Positions 48,252 to 61,000 of a stretch of 64,000 nucleotides of DNA are shown in pieces. A program made the position numbers and the translations under genes. This DNA is from Mayamaea pseudoterrestris. Its lineage: Eukaryota. Location of the stretch: positions 1,054,001-1,118,000 of the forward strand of contig BROI01000005.1 of the NCBI GenBank assembly GCA_027923505.1, in the 5' to 3' direction. Numbering within the stretch: position 1 is the stretch's first letter; every line of letters begins with the position of its first letter. Under the pieces are notes generated by a model that was given only the letters and a program-made list of their open reading frames with translations, did not search any database and was not told the origin of the DNA.

Positions 48252-51200
48252 TGGTGAGAAGTTCTCACCAGTCTCAGCCCGCAGATGCCATGACATTCAG
48301 ACACACCTACAGCAAGCCCGATAGGTGCCCAAATTACACCAGAATGGTGCCACCATCATTATTCAAGCTGCGCTACAAGATGGTAGGCTTGGCTGGTGTC
48401 TCAGGGGATGGCAATGTATTTGGCTATAACTTGTCACCAGTCTCAGCCCGCAGATGCCATGACATTCAGACACACCTACAGCAGGCCCAGTAGGTGCCCA
48501 AATTACAGCAGAATGATGCCAACGTCATTATTCAGGCCGCGCTACAAGATGGTTTGCCTGGCTGGTGTCTCAGGGGATGGCAATGTATTTGGTGACAACT
48601 TGACACCAGTCTCAGCCTGCAGATGCCATGACATTCAAACACACCTACAGCAGGCCCTGTAGGTGCCCAAACTACACCAGAATGGTGCCAACATCACAAT
48701 TCAAACTGCGCTACAAGATGGTAGGCTTGGCTGGTGTCTCAGGGGATGGCAATGTATTTGGTGACAACTTGTCACCAGTCTCAGCCTGCAGATGCCATGA
48801 CATTCAGACACACCTACAGCATGCCCGGTAGGTGCCCAAACTACACCAGAATGGTGCCAACATCCTTATTAAGGCTGCGCTACAAGATGGTATGTCGCGC
48901 TGGTGTCTCAGGGGATGGCAATGTATTTGGTGACAACTTGTCACCAGTCTCAGCCCGCAGATGCCATGACATTCAAACGCCCCTACAGCAAGCCCTGTAG
49001 GTGCCCAAACTACACCAGAATGGTGCCAACATCATTATTCAGGCCGCGCTACAAGATGGTATGCCTGGCTGGTGTCTCAGGGGATGGCAATGTATTTGGT
49101 GACAACTTGTCACCAGTCTCAGCCTGCAGATGCCATGACATTCAGACACACCTACAGCATGCCCTGTAGGTGCCCAAATTACACCAGAATGTTGACAACA
49201 TCCTTATTCAGGCTGCGCTACAAGATGGTTGACTTGGCTGGTGTCTCAGGGGATGGCAATGTATTTGGTGACAACTTGTCACCAGTCTCAGCCTGCAGAT
49301 GCCATGACATTCAGACACACCTGCAGCAGGCCCGGCAGGTGCCCAAATTACACCAGAATGATGTCAACATCATTACTCAGGCTGCGCTACAAGATGGTAG
49401 GCTTGGCTGGTGTCTCAGGGGATGGCAATGTATTTGGTGACAACTTGTCACCAGTCTCAGCCTGCAGATGCCGTGACATTCAAACACACCTACAGCAAGC
49501 CCTGTAGGTGCCCAAAATACACCAGAACGGTGCCAACATTATTATTAAGGCTGCGCTATAAGATGGTAGGCTTGGCTGGTGTCTCAGGGGATGGTAATGT
49601 ATTTGGTGACAACTTGTCACTAGTCTCAGCCTGCAGATGCCGTGACATTCAAACGCCCCTACAACAAGCCCTGTAGGTGCCCAAACTACACCAGAATGGT
49701 GCCAACATCATAATTCAAACTGCGCTAGAAGATGGTAGGCTTGGCTTGTGTCTTAGGGGATGGCACTGTATTTGGTGACAACTTGTCACCAGTCTCAGCC
49801 TGCAGATGCCATGACATTCAGACACACCTACAGCATGCCCGGTAGGTGCCCAAATTACACCAGAATGTTGCCAACATCCTTATTCAGGCTGCGCTACAAG
49901 ATGGTTGACTTGGCTGATGTCTCAGGGGATGGCAATGTATTTGGTGACAACTTGTCACCAGTCTCAGCCTGCAGATGCCATGACATTCAGACACACCTGC
50001 AGCAGGCCCGGCAGGTGCCCAAATTACACCAGAATGATGCCAACATAATTACTCAGGCTGCGCTACAAGATGGTAGGCTTGGCTGGTGTCTCAGGGGATG
50101 GCAATGTATTTGGTGACAACTTGTCACCAGTCTCAGCCTGCAGATGCCGTGACATTCAAACACACCTTCAGCAGGCCCGGCAGGTGCCCAGATTACACCA
50201 GAATGGTGCCAACATCATAATTCAAACTGCGCTAGAAGATGGTAGGCTTGGCTTGTGTCTTAGGGGATGGCAATGTATTTGGTGACAACTTGTCACCAGT
50301 CTCAGCCTGCAGATGCCATGACACTCAGACACACCTACAGCAAGCCCTGTAGGTGCCCAAAAACACCAGATCGGTGCCAACATCCTTATTCAGGCTGCGC
50401 TACAAGTCGGTAGGCTTGGCTGGTGTCTCAGGAGATGGTAATGTATTTGGTGACAACTTGTCACTAGTCTCAGCCTGCAGATGCCCTGACATTCAAACGC
50501 CCCTACAGCAAGCCCTGTAGGTGCCCAAACTACACCAGAATGGTGCCAACATCCTTATTCAGGCTGCGCTACAAGATGGTTGACTTGGCTGGTGTTGTAT
50601 TTGGTGACAACTTGTCACCAGCTGCAGATGCCATAACATTCAAACACACCTACAGCAAGCCCTGTAGGTGCCCAAAATACACCAGAATGATGCCAACATC
50701 ATTATGCAGGCTGCGCTACAAGATGGTAGGCTTGACTGGTGTCTCAGGGGATGGCAATGTATTTGGTGACAACTTGTCACCAGTCTCAGCCCGCAGATGC
50801 CATGACATTCAGACACACCTACAGCAAGCCCTGTAGGTACCCAAATTACACCAGAATGGTGCCAACATTATTATTAAGGCTGCGCTATAAGATGGTAGGC
50901 TTGGCTGGTGTCTCAGGGGATAGTAATGTATTTGGTGACAACTTGTCACTAGTCTCAGCCTGCAGATGCTGTGACATTCAAACGCCCCTACAACAAGCCC
51001 TGTAGGTGCCCAAACTACACCAGAATGGTGCCAACATCATAATTCAAACTGCGCTAGAAGATGGTAGGCTTGGCTTGTGTCTTAGGGGATGGCAATGTAT
51101 TTGGTGACAACTTGTCACCAGTCTCAGCCTGCAGATGCCATGACATTCAGACACACCTACAGCATGCCCGGTAGGTGCCCAAATTACACCAGAATGGTGC

Positions 51201-54200
51201 CAACATCCTTATTCAGGCTGCGCTACAAGATGGTTGACTTGGCTGGTGTCTCAGGGGATGGCAATGTATTTGGTGACAACTTGTCACCAGTCTCAGCCTG
51301 CAGATGCCGTGACATTCAAACACACCTACAGCAAGCCCTGTAGGTGCCCAAAAACACCAGATCGGTGCCAACATTATAACTTAGGCTGCGCTACAAGATG
51401 GTAGGCTTGGCTGGTGTCTCAGGGGATGGCAATGTATTTGGTGACAACTTGTCACCAGTCTCAACCCGCAGATGCCATGACATTCAGACACACCTACAGC
51501 AGGCCCTGTAGGTGCCCAAATTACACCAGAATGGTGCCAACATCCTTATTCAGGCTGCGCTACAAGATGGTTGACTTGGCTGGTGTCTCAGGGGATGGCA
51601 ATGTATTTGGTGACAACTTGTCACCAGTCTCAGCCCGCAGATGCCATGACATTCAGACACACCTACAGCAGGCCCTGTAGGTGCCCAAATTATGGTGAGA
51701 AGTTCTCACCAGTCTCAGCCCGCAGATGCCATGACATTCAGACACACCTACAGCAAGCCCGATAGGTGCCCAAATTACACCAGAATGGTGCCACCATCAT
51801 TATTCAAGCTGCGCTACAAGATGGTAGGCTTGGCTGGTGTCTCAGGGGATGGCAATGTATTTGGCTATAACTTGTCACCAGTCTCAGCCCGCAGATGCCA
51901 TGACATTCAGACACACCTACAGCAGGCCCAGTAGGTGCCCAAATTACAGCAGAATGATGCCAACGTCATTATTCAGGCCGCGCTACAAGATGGTTTGCCT
52001 GGCTGGTGTCTCAGGGGATGGCAATGTATTTGGTGACAACTTGACACCAGTCTCAGCCTGCAGATGCCATGACATTCAAACACACCTACAGCAGGCCCTG
52101 TAGGTGCCCAAACTACACCAGAATGGTGCCAACATCACAATTCAAACTGCGCTACAAGATGGTAGGCTTGGCTGGTGTCTCAGGGGATGGCAATGTATTT
52201 GGTGACAACTTGTCACCAGTCTCAGCCTGCAGATGCCATGACATTCAGACACACCTACAGCATGCCCGGTAGGTGCCCAAACTACACCAGAATGGTGCCA
52301 ACATCCTTATTAAGGCTGCGCTACAAGATGGTATGTCGCGCTGGTGTCTCAGGGGATGGCAATGTATTTGGTGACAACTTGTCACCAGTCTCAGCCCGCA
52401 GATGCCATGACATTCAAACGCCCCTACAGCAAGCCCTGTAGGTGCCCAAACTACACCAGAATGGTGCCAACATCATTATTCAGGCCGCGCTACAAGATGG
52501 TATGCCTGGCTGGTGTCTCAGGGGATGGCAATGTATTTGGTGACAACTTGTCACCAGTCTCAGCCTGCAGATGCCATGACATTCAGACACACCTACAGCA
52601 TGCCCTGTAGGTGCCCAAATTACACCAGAATGTTGACAACATCCTTATTCAGGCTGCGCTACAAGATGGTTGACTTGGCTGGTGTCTCAGGGGATGGCAA
52701 TGTATTTGGTGACAACTTGTCACCAGTCTCAGCCTGCAGATGCCATGACATTCAGACACACCTGCAGCAGGCCCGGCAGGTGCCCAAATTACACCAGAAT
52801 GATGTCAACATCATTACTCAGGCTGCGCTACAAGATGGTAGGCTTGGCTGGTGTCTCAGGGGATGGCAATGTATTTGGTGACAACTTGTCACCAGTCTCA
52901 GCCTGCAGATGCCGTGACATTCAAACACACCTACAGCAAGCCCTGTAGGTGCCCAAAATACACCAGAACGGTGCCAACATTATTATTAAGGCTGCGCTAT
53001 AAGATGGTAGGCTTGGCTGGTGTCTCAGGGGATGGTAATGTATTTGGTGACAACTTGTCACTAGTCTCAGCCTGCAGATGCCGTGACATTCAAACGCCCC
53101 TACAACAAGCCCTGTAGGTGCCCAAACTACACCAGAATGGTGCCAACATCATAATTCAAACTGCGCTAGAAGATGGTAGGCTTGGCTTGTGTCTTAGGGG
53201 ATGGCACTGTATTTGGTGACAACTTGTCACCAGTCTCAGCCTGCAGATGCCATGACATTCAGACACACCTACAGCATGCCCGGTAGGTGCCCAAATTACA
53301 CCAGAATGTTGCCAACATCCTTATTCAGGCTGCGCTACAAGATGGTTGACTTGGCTGATGTCTCAGGGGATGGCAATGTATTTGGTGACAACTTGTCACC
53401 AGTCTCAGCCTGCAGATGCCATGACATTCAGACACACCTGCAGCAGGCCCGGCAGGTGCCCAAATTACACCAGAATGATGCCAACATAATTACTCAGGCT
53501 GCGCTACAAGATGGTAGGCTTGGCTGGTGTCTCAGGGGATGGCAATGTATTTGGTGACAACTTGTCACCAGTCTCAGCCTGCAGATGCCGTGACATTCAA
53601 ACACACCTTCAGCAGGCCCGGCAGGTGCCCAGATTACACCAGAATGGTGCCAACATCATAATTCAAACTGCGCTAGAAGATGGTAGGCTTGGCTTGTGTC
53701 TTAGGGGATGGCAATGTATTTGGTGACAACTTGTCACCAGTCTCAGCCTGCAGATGCCATGACACTCAGACACACCTACAGCAAGCCCTGTAGGTGCCCA
53801 AAAACACCAGATCGGTGCCAACATCCTTATTCAGGCTGCGCTACAAGTCGGTAGGCTTGGCTGGTGTCTCAGGAGATGGTAATGTATTTGGTGACAACTT
53901 GTCACTAGTCTCAGCCTGCAGATGCCCTGACATTCAAACGCCCCTACAGCAAGCCCTGTAGGTGCCCAAACTACACCAGAATGGTGCCAACATCCTTATT
54001 CAGGCTGCGCTACAAGATGGTTGACTTGGCTGGTGTTGTATTTGGTGACAACTTGTCACCAGCTGCAGATGCCATAACATTCAAACACACCTACAGCAAG
54101 CCCTGTAGGTGCCCAAAATACACCAGAATGATGCCAACATCATTATGCAGGCTGCGCTACAAGATGGTAGGCTTGACTGGTGTCTCAGGGGATGGCAATG

Positions 54201-55133
54201 TATTTGGTGACAACTTGTCACCAGTCTCAGCCCGCAGATGCCATGACATTCAGACACACCTACAGCAAGCCCTGTAGGTACCCAAATTACACCAGAATGG
54301 TGCCAACATTATTATTAAGGCTGCGCTATAAGATGGTAGGCTTGGCTGGTGTCTCAGGGGATAGTAATGTATTTGGTGACAACTTGTCACTAGTCTCAGC
54401 CTGCAGATGCTGTGACATTCAAACGCCCCTACAACAAGCCCTGTAGGTGCCCAAACTACACCAGAATGGTGCCAACATCATAATTCAAACTGCGCTAGAA
54501 GATGGTAGGCTTGGCTTGTGTCTTAGGGGATGGCAATGTATTTGGTGACAACTTGTCACCAGTCTCAGCCTGCAGATGCCATGACATTCAGACACACCTA
54601 CAGCATGCCCGGTAGGTGCCCAAATTACACCAGAATGGTGCCAACATCCTTATTCAGGCTGCGCTACAAGATGGTTGACTTGGCTGGTGTCTCAGGGGAT
54701 GGCAATGTATTTGGTGACAACTTGTCACCAGTCTCAGCCTGCAGATGCCGTGACATTCAAACACACCTACAGCAAGCCCTGTAGGTGCCCAAAAACACCA
54801 GATCGGTGCCAACATTATAACTTAGGCTGCGCTACAAGATGGTAGGCTTGGCTGGTGTCTCAGGGGATGGCAATGTATTTGGTGACAACTTGTCACCAGT
54901 CTCAACCCGCAGATGCCATGACATTCAGACACACCTACAGCAGGCCCTGTAGGTGCCCAAATTACACCAGAATGGTGCCAACATCCTTATTCAGGCTGCG
55001 CTACAAGATGGTTGACTTGGCTGGTGTCTCAGGGGATGGCAATGTATTTGGTGACAACTTGTCACCAGTCTCAGCCCGCAGATGCCATGACATTCAGACA
55101 CACCTACAGCAGGCCCTGTAGGTGCCCAAATTA
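48252..55133. repeat. Satellite A: 169-bp tandem monomers arranged as two 3441-bp higher-order units (48252-51692, 51693-55133)
   Basis: Consensus TGGTGACAACTTGTCACCAGTCTCAGCCTGCAG..GGCAATGTATT is 169 nt; identical ORF translations recur at +3441 (48396/51837, 50540/53981, 51414/54855). Confidence 0.97.
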
Positions 55134-56527
55134 TTTGGCAGGGCAGAGGTCCACATAGTAACCAGCTACACAGTGCTACAGTGTGTGGACTTCAAAGACT
55201 ACCCCTGATTGTCGTGTTCCATGAATTCTGTCCTGGCTTTGCATGGGGACACATATGCGGTGAGATTGAAGCATAACAATTATTCCCGGCTCATATGTAG
55301 CATTGGTTGTTTGGCAGAGCAGAGGTCCACACAGTAACCAGCTAGACGGTGCTACATGTGTATGTATTTGGTGACAACTTGTCACCAGTTCAGCCTGCAG
55401 ATGCCATGACATTCAGACACACCTACAGCAAGCCCAATAGGGACCCAAACTACACCAGAACGGTGCCAACATCCTTATTCAGGCAGCGCTACAAGATAGT
55501 ATGCCTGGCTGGTGTCTCAGGTGTTGGCAATGTGACTGGTGAGAAGTTCTCACCAGTCTTGGCCTGCAGATGCCATGACATTCAAACGCCCCTACAGCAA
55601 GCCCTGTAGGTGCCCAACTTATTTGGCAGGGCAGAGGTCCACATAGTAACCAGCTACACAGTGCTACAGTGTGTGGACTTCAAAGACTACCCCCGATTGT
55701 CGTGTTCCATGAATTCTGTCCTGGCTATGAATTGGGACACATATGCGGTGAGATTGATGCATAACAATTATTCCCAGCTCACTTGTAGCATTGGTTGTTT
55801 GGCAGAGCAGAGGTCCACACCAGCTAGACGGTGCTACATGTGTGGCCTTTAACGACTACCCTCAATGGTCTTGTTCCATAATTTCTGTTCTTGCTATCCT
55901 TGGGGACACATATGCTGTGAGCAAAGATTTACACAGTAACCGCCACACGGTGCTACAGTGTGTGGCCTTCAATGACTAACCACAATGGTCTTGTTCCGTG
56001 AATTCTGTTTTGGCTGCTCTTGGGGACATGTATGTGGTGAGATAGGTGCATAACAACCACTACCAGCTCACGTGTAGCATCAGTTGTTTGGGAGGGCAAA
56101 GATCCACGCAGTAACCAGCTACATGGTGCTACATGTGTGGCCTTCAAAAAATTTCCCCATTCTGTTCTGGCTATCCTTGGATACATGTATGCGGTGTGAT
56201 CGGTGCATAACAATCACTCCCAGCTCACGTGTAGCATCTGTTATTTGGGAGGACAAAGATCCACACTGTAACTAGCTACAAGGTGCTACAGTGTGTGGCC
56301 TTCAATGACTACACCCAATAGTCTTGTTCCATGTATTCTGTTCTGGCTATATTTGGGGACACGTATGCTGTGAGATTGGTGCATAACAGTCACTCCCAGC
56401 TAACGTGTAGTATCCGTTATTTGGGAGGGCAAAGATCCACACAGTAACTAGCTACAAGGTGCTACAGTGTATGGCCTTCAACGACTACCCCCAATAGTCC
56501 TGTTCCATGAATTCTGTTCTGGCTATG
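55134..56527. repeat. Satellite B (176-bp monomers, some with deletions) interrupted by ~1.5 satellite A monomers (~55361-55620)
   Basis: GTGCTACA anchors at 55173, 55349, 55661, 55831, 55950, 56126, 56283 and 56459; intact spacing is 176. Confidence 0.9.
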
Positions 56528-56844
56528 GAAAATATGCATGCAGAATAATTTATGGGAAACTCCTCCGCAAAGTACGACTACCGGTAGGGTACTCGTTCTC
56601 CTATTGGTGTGAATTGTTTATTCCTTCCCCATGCATATTTCAGAAACAGCTGCAAAAGGTGTGCATTGCAATGTAGCTGCGTGCGACGGCCGAGCGGAAC
56701 AATCGCTAGCGTCGTTGTCACATAGCAATACCACTGACAACAAATTTCATTTGTTCGGGCAGACAGTCCAAAGCTAGAATTATGATGCTTGTTGAAGTTT
56801 GTAGGGTTCAAATGCAGAAAATGGCTTTATAGACACATCAAGGG

Positions 56845-57777
56845 TCATCTTTTTCGCTTCTTTTTCTTCTTCCGACTGCGCTCCACTCCGACCAGAATCG
56901 CAGCTTCCTCCTCCACTCGCCTACGAGTTAGCATCTCACTTCGGCGTCTCAGTTTAGCCTCGCGCTCGTAAACAACTTGCATCAACCGTGTAGCCCCTTC
57001 AGTCAATCTCTGCTCAAAAAGCTTCAAACAATCTCGTCGCGTGCTTTCGTCAAGCTCTATCCGCAGCGCTCCTTGCCCATTCTCATTGTAGTAGTGCTCG
57101 AGAATAATGCAAGCCGCCTCCGCGTCCAACGTTCCGTACAACGACCGACCAGGATGATCAGCATGCGCTCGAGCGGCCGCTTCTTTAGAGGTGTATCGCT
57201 CGTCCCAAAGAATCACAGGCAAATTCGCACCCAAAGAAGCCACAACGTAGCGCATCAGCTCGGCAGCAAAGACGAGTGTTATGTTGGTTTGCTCTGCAAG
57301 CGTTCCATTTTTGTGAAGGGGCAAGCCGACAACGATCTGTGACGCTTGTTCGCTTCGTGCGTACTGGACAATCCGTTCGCAGAGTTGCGTACTGTTTAAA
57401 TCAGTCAAAATAGCCAAGGGTGTGGGCTGATAGCCAACAGACGTTGCAATTCCTGTGCGAACAAGTCCAAAATCGACGCCAATTGTCCTTATTCCAATGA
57501 GTGTGCAAGAGTTCTGCGTCGAAGCAGCTGCCGCGTCAATGACGGCTTGATACTGGCCGAGTCTTGTCGTGTTGTTCACTCTCATCGAAAGGAGAGAGAC
57601 CGCTGCAGAAACCGTACTGTCAACTGCCAGCAATGAAGATTCTCGCTTGTGTTTGACATTAAGTCGTCGCGTTGCACGTTTCCACGGATTGGATGAAGTC
57701 CTAGGAGGCACAAGCAACCAAGCTCGGGCAAATTGGACCGAAAGCAGACACAAAACTGAATTGTAAATTGCTTTCAT
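56845..57777 (-). CDS. YqgF/RuvX RNase H-fold nuclease, probably plastid-targeted
   Basis: IGVDFGLVRTGIA, IVVGLPL, LWDERYTSKEA and LDAEAACIILE motifs; signal peptide ending ARA-WLL. Confidence 0.88.
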   Translation of the reverse strand: MKAIYNSVLCLLSVQFARAWLLVPPRTSSNPWKRATRRLNVKHKRESSLLAVDSTVSAAVSLLSMRVNNTTRLGQYQAVIDAAAASTQNSCTLIGIRTIGVDFGLVRTGIATSVGYQPTPLAILTDLNSTQLCERIVQYARSEQASQIVVGLPLHKNGTLAEQTNITLVFAAELMRYVVASLGANLPVILWDERYTSKEAAARAHADHPGRSLYGTLDAEAACIILEHYYNENGQGALRIELDESTRRDCLKLFEQRLTEGATRLMQVVYEREAKLRRRSEMLTRRRVEEEAAILVGVERSRKKKKKRKR

Positions 57778-58090
57778 CTATAATATCCGGCGCATGTACT
57801 GCTTGCTGAAGTATAGTAGCGCTTATATGCGGCGATGATGCGGGGATCCGCCAATATGTTTGTAGATAACAACTTTCAAAGCAACAGCATACTCTGATGT
57901 TTTTGAGCCCTTTTCGTGGAGGTGATGCTGTCGTCGCACTGGCACTAGGCTATTCGTGCTACTCGTGTGCGATACGATATAGTACACGCAACAGCAATTC
58001 TATTCAATCTATAACCTCATGGTAATACCCGTAGGTATAATAGAAGTACAAGCCCATCCACCAATGCAGCACATACATATTTTACATCTA

Positions 58091-61000
58091 TTAAGACATA
58101 GTAGCTCTTTGCAATTCAAACAAGGCGATGCTGCCGTCCGCGCCTCCAGTGCAGCAGAGGCATTTTCTTGGATCCGCGACCCCAACATTAACGACGCTCA
58201 TGGAGGTTATTCCAGGCGCAGTCTTGTTGTTCACCTTGGTCCACAACGTTGGCCTTGAATCAAAGTGCGCTCCATCACGAAGTCCAATGAGTCGCAAACC
58301 TCCATCAGAGCAGCCAAGTAGCACCACCCTTTGATCTGAACAATACGCCAAGGAAGAAACGGCAACGCCAACGGATACAGCGCTGTCCCGTTTGAGACGT
58401 TCCCCTGCCATGGAATAACTCGCTACTTTTCCAGTTGAAAAGGCTACTAGCAAGTGAAGAGCACCATTTACAGTAATCCACCTGACTACCGAACAAGGAC
58501 CAGATCCGTGAAGCTTCGTAGTCTCGTTATGAATGGCGACTTGCATCCCGTCACCGTGGACGAACCATGCACAGAAGCTTGAGTCGACGCAGCCTGCGGC
58601 AATGACAATGCATCCGTTCGAGTAAGCTACGCCCGCGGCCGAAACACAGACCACTGAAGATTGTGCGTCAAACAATTCAGCGAGCGGTTCGCGATCTATT
58701 GACACTGCTTCCGATTTTGTAACGTTGACACTCCACACCTTCACCGCTGCATCCCATGACCCTGATATCAAAATATGTGTAGAGTCTTTCCGCCAGAGGG
58801 CGCTCTCTAAATCAAGTGGAGTGCGACAAATAAGATCCAAGCCTGTGACTGCATCGCGATGGGAATAGACTGTGGCGACAGCACAAGCTGATGTAACCCC
58901 ATAAGCCAGCACCACATCGTCATGGCCCCCAGCAAAAGCGATCATCCCGCCGCCTCCGTCATTGGCAAGCGCTAGAGACGCGAGAGGGTCTCGACTCGTG
59001 TGGGAACGGAATTCGCTCAACTTGGATTGGATAATAATCCTGCTTGCAACTTTTCCACGGTTCAGAATCGCACTGTAGGAAAATCGGCCAAAGGCGGGCG
59101 GAAGCACCATACGCTCACCATCGTCTTCACTTTCATCACTTACGGTAATCTGATGTACCTTGAGACCGCCATCATGGCTCGAGGTTACAAGAATCGATCC
59201 AACTGAGTTATTTAGTTCGAGTACACAGCCTGACACAGAATCGTTGTGCATATGTTTGCGCTCAATCATATGCATGTTCCATTCATTAGCCGTAGTGTTG
59301 GATAGTTGATCAAATGTTGAAGAGACTTGGGATGACCCACCGGGCGCGACAGACATCACGGCACCCGGCAACAATGACTGTTCGCCTATGCCCTGACTAA
59401 TTTGGGAAATAGTTGCAGCTGGGCTTATAGTAGCGCCTTGCATATACTTCGTCTCGGCCTCCATATTGTTGTGCGACGCTTGCTCGTCGATGAATGCGTT
59501 GCCAATGCCTCGTACGTCGAGTAACTCCCAAGCTTCTCGTCCCTTGTCGTCCTCTTTACTAGACGCCCGTCCGATGTCACTAGAGATAAAATTTAACTCG
59601 CTGGTATCATCTTTTCTTTGCGGATGCGTATTCACAAAAAGCTGGTCTGGGCAGCATCCGAACTCGCAAGCTTGCAGCTCGGCTGAATGGCGCTCTTCTT
59701 CAGACTTCATAGCTGCTAGTTCAGTCGGTCCAAAGTAGCTGATCGGATGGAAAAGATTGTCTGCTTTTGCGGCAGCGTCGCCACGTGAATTACTCCCGAA
59801 TATCAGATCGATCCAATGTGGTAACTTTGTCGTACATAAATCAGACTCTAGAGCTAGACGATTCTTTTTCAAAAAATCCTTTGCCGACTTGGCCCATGTT
59901 GGCAACCTCACATCATCGACGCGCTGGCCTTTCTGCGTTGCTCCCAGATGCAGACCTCTCGCGTTTATAAGAAAATCGATATTATTCCCATAAAACTCAG
60001 GTATAAGCTCTTTTACATCCGCATGGTTTGAGAGCACACAATTGAACGTGTTTTCAACGTCAAAAAACATTCTGTCCGCCGCATCAAATTTGCCGTTCTG
60101 TAGACAAAGCATGTGCTCTGGCATGCTGCGGACCAAGTAATAGAGTACATAAGCAGGAGCCGAGTAGTGCGTTCCGTACAAGAATTTGCCTCCCATGTCA
60201 TGCATGTTCTTCATGCGCGTCTTAAAGTAATCAAGGCGTTCCTGATTTAATGCTCCAACGGGTTTCGACAAGTCCCGATATGTACCTGCACATTGCAAAT
60301 TTAGCTTTTTTGTGCTGCATCCATAGTCCTGGATCACCCATGGAAAGACAGGATACCGACCAAGGTCATGAAAGGTCCGGCCTGCTGCCGAATTCAGCGC
60401 CAACAAGTATTGATAATTAGTGAGCGTTCCTTTCTGCCATTCCGCAAATGCACGTTCTACAAAAATTCTGTCCGTGAAGCACACAACATTCGGTAGTGCT
60501 AGCAAAACTTGCTCTCGGTCATGGCGGCGTTCAAGGGCGATCAAAATCGACGACCCAGATTGGAAGTAAATTTGAATGGCCGAATCACGAAGCCCGTTAT
60601 AGCGTCTCGCTGTGGCAATCACGTCCCGAAGCAGCCAATTGTTAGCGGGAGGAGGATTGGTTTTTTGCTCAACAAGAGTCGATCCCTGGGTCGGCTGTAA
60701 GTACAATCTCTCCGCGGTTAGTGCCAGGACAACCGGTTGACTCAAAAGTGGTGTCTTGATGGACGCCTTTATGTTTGTCAGCGCTACAGACTCGCGCATG
60801 TCGACAAGATTTTCAGCGTAAAAAAATGCCTCGGACCCCCTCGCCACCATTATGGTCGTGTCGTCTCGCTGCGCATCATACACCACCTCCTCGACCATAG
60901 TGCAAAACGTATCCGGCGAAGAATGTTGAAAGACAAACTTGAAGGCGCCAGCGTGCTTCACTAACGCAGTAGGAGCAATAACGTTATTTTCTTTCATGAT

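Noticed and set aside
48252..55133. CRISPR-like array (regularly spaced palindromic repeats)
   Set aside because: The sequences between palindromes are near-identical rather than unique spacers; no cas genes; eukaryotic context.
48254..55609. Dozens of short repeated ORFs, and a possible 105-nt exon/64-nt intron reading of each 169-bp unit (PADAMTFRHTYS..RYKM)
   Set aside because: The period is not a multiple of 3, several monomers carry TAA/TAG or 1-nt deletions in that frame, and the variation is CpG-type rather than synonymous.
47600..56800. TIRs, Helitron ends or a TSD around the satellite block
   Set aside because: No convincing terminal repeats or duplication found by eye.
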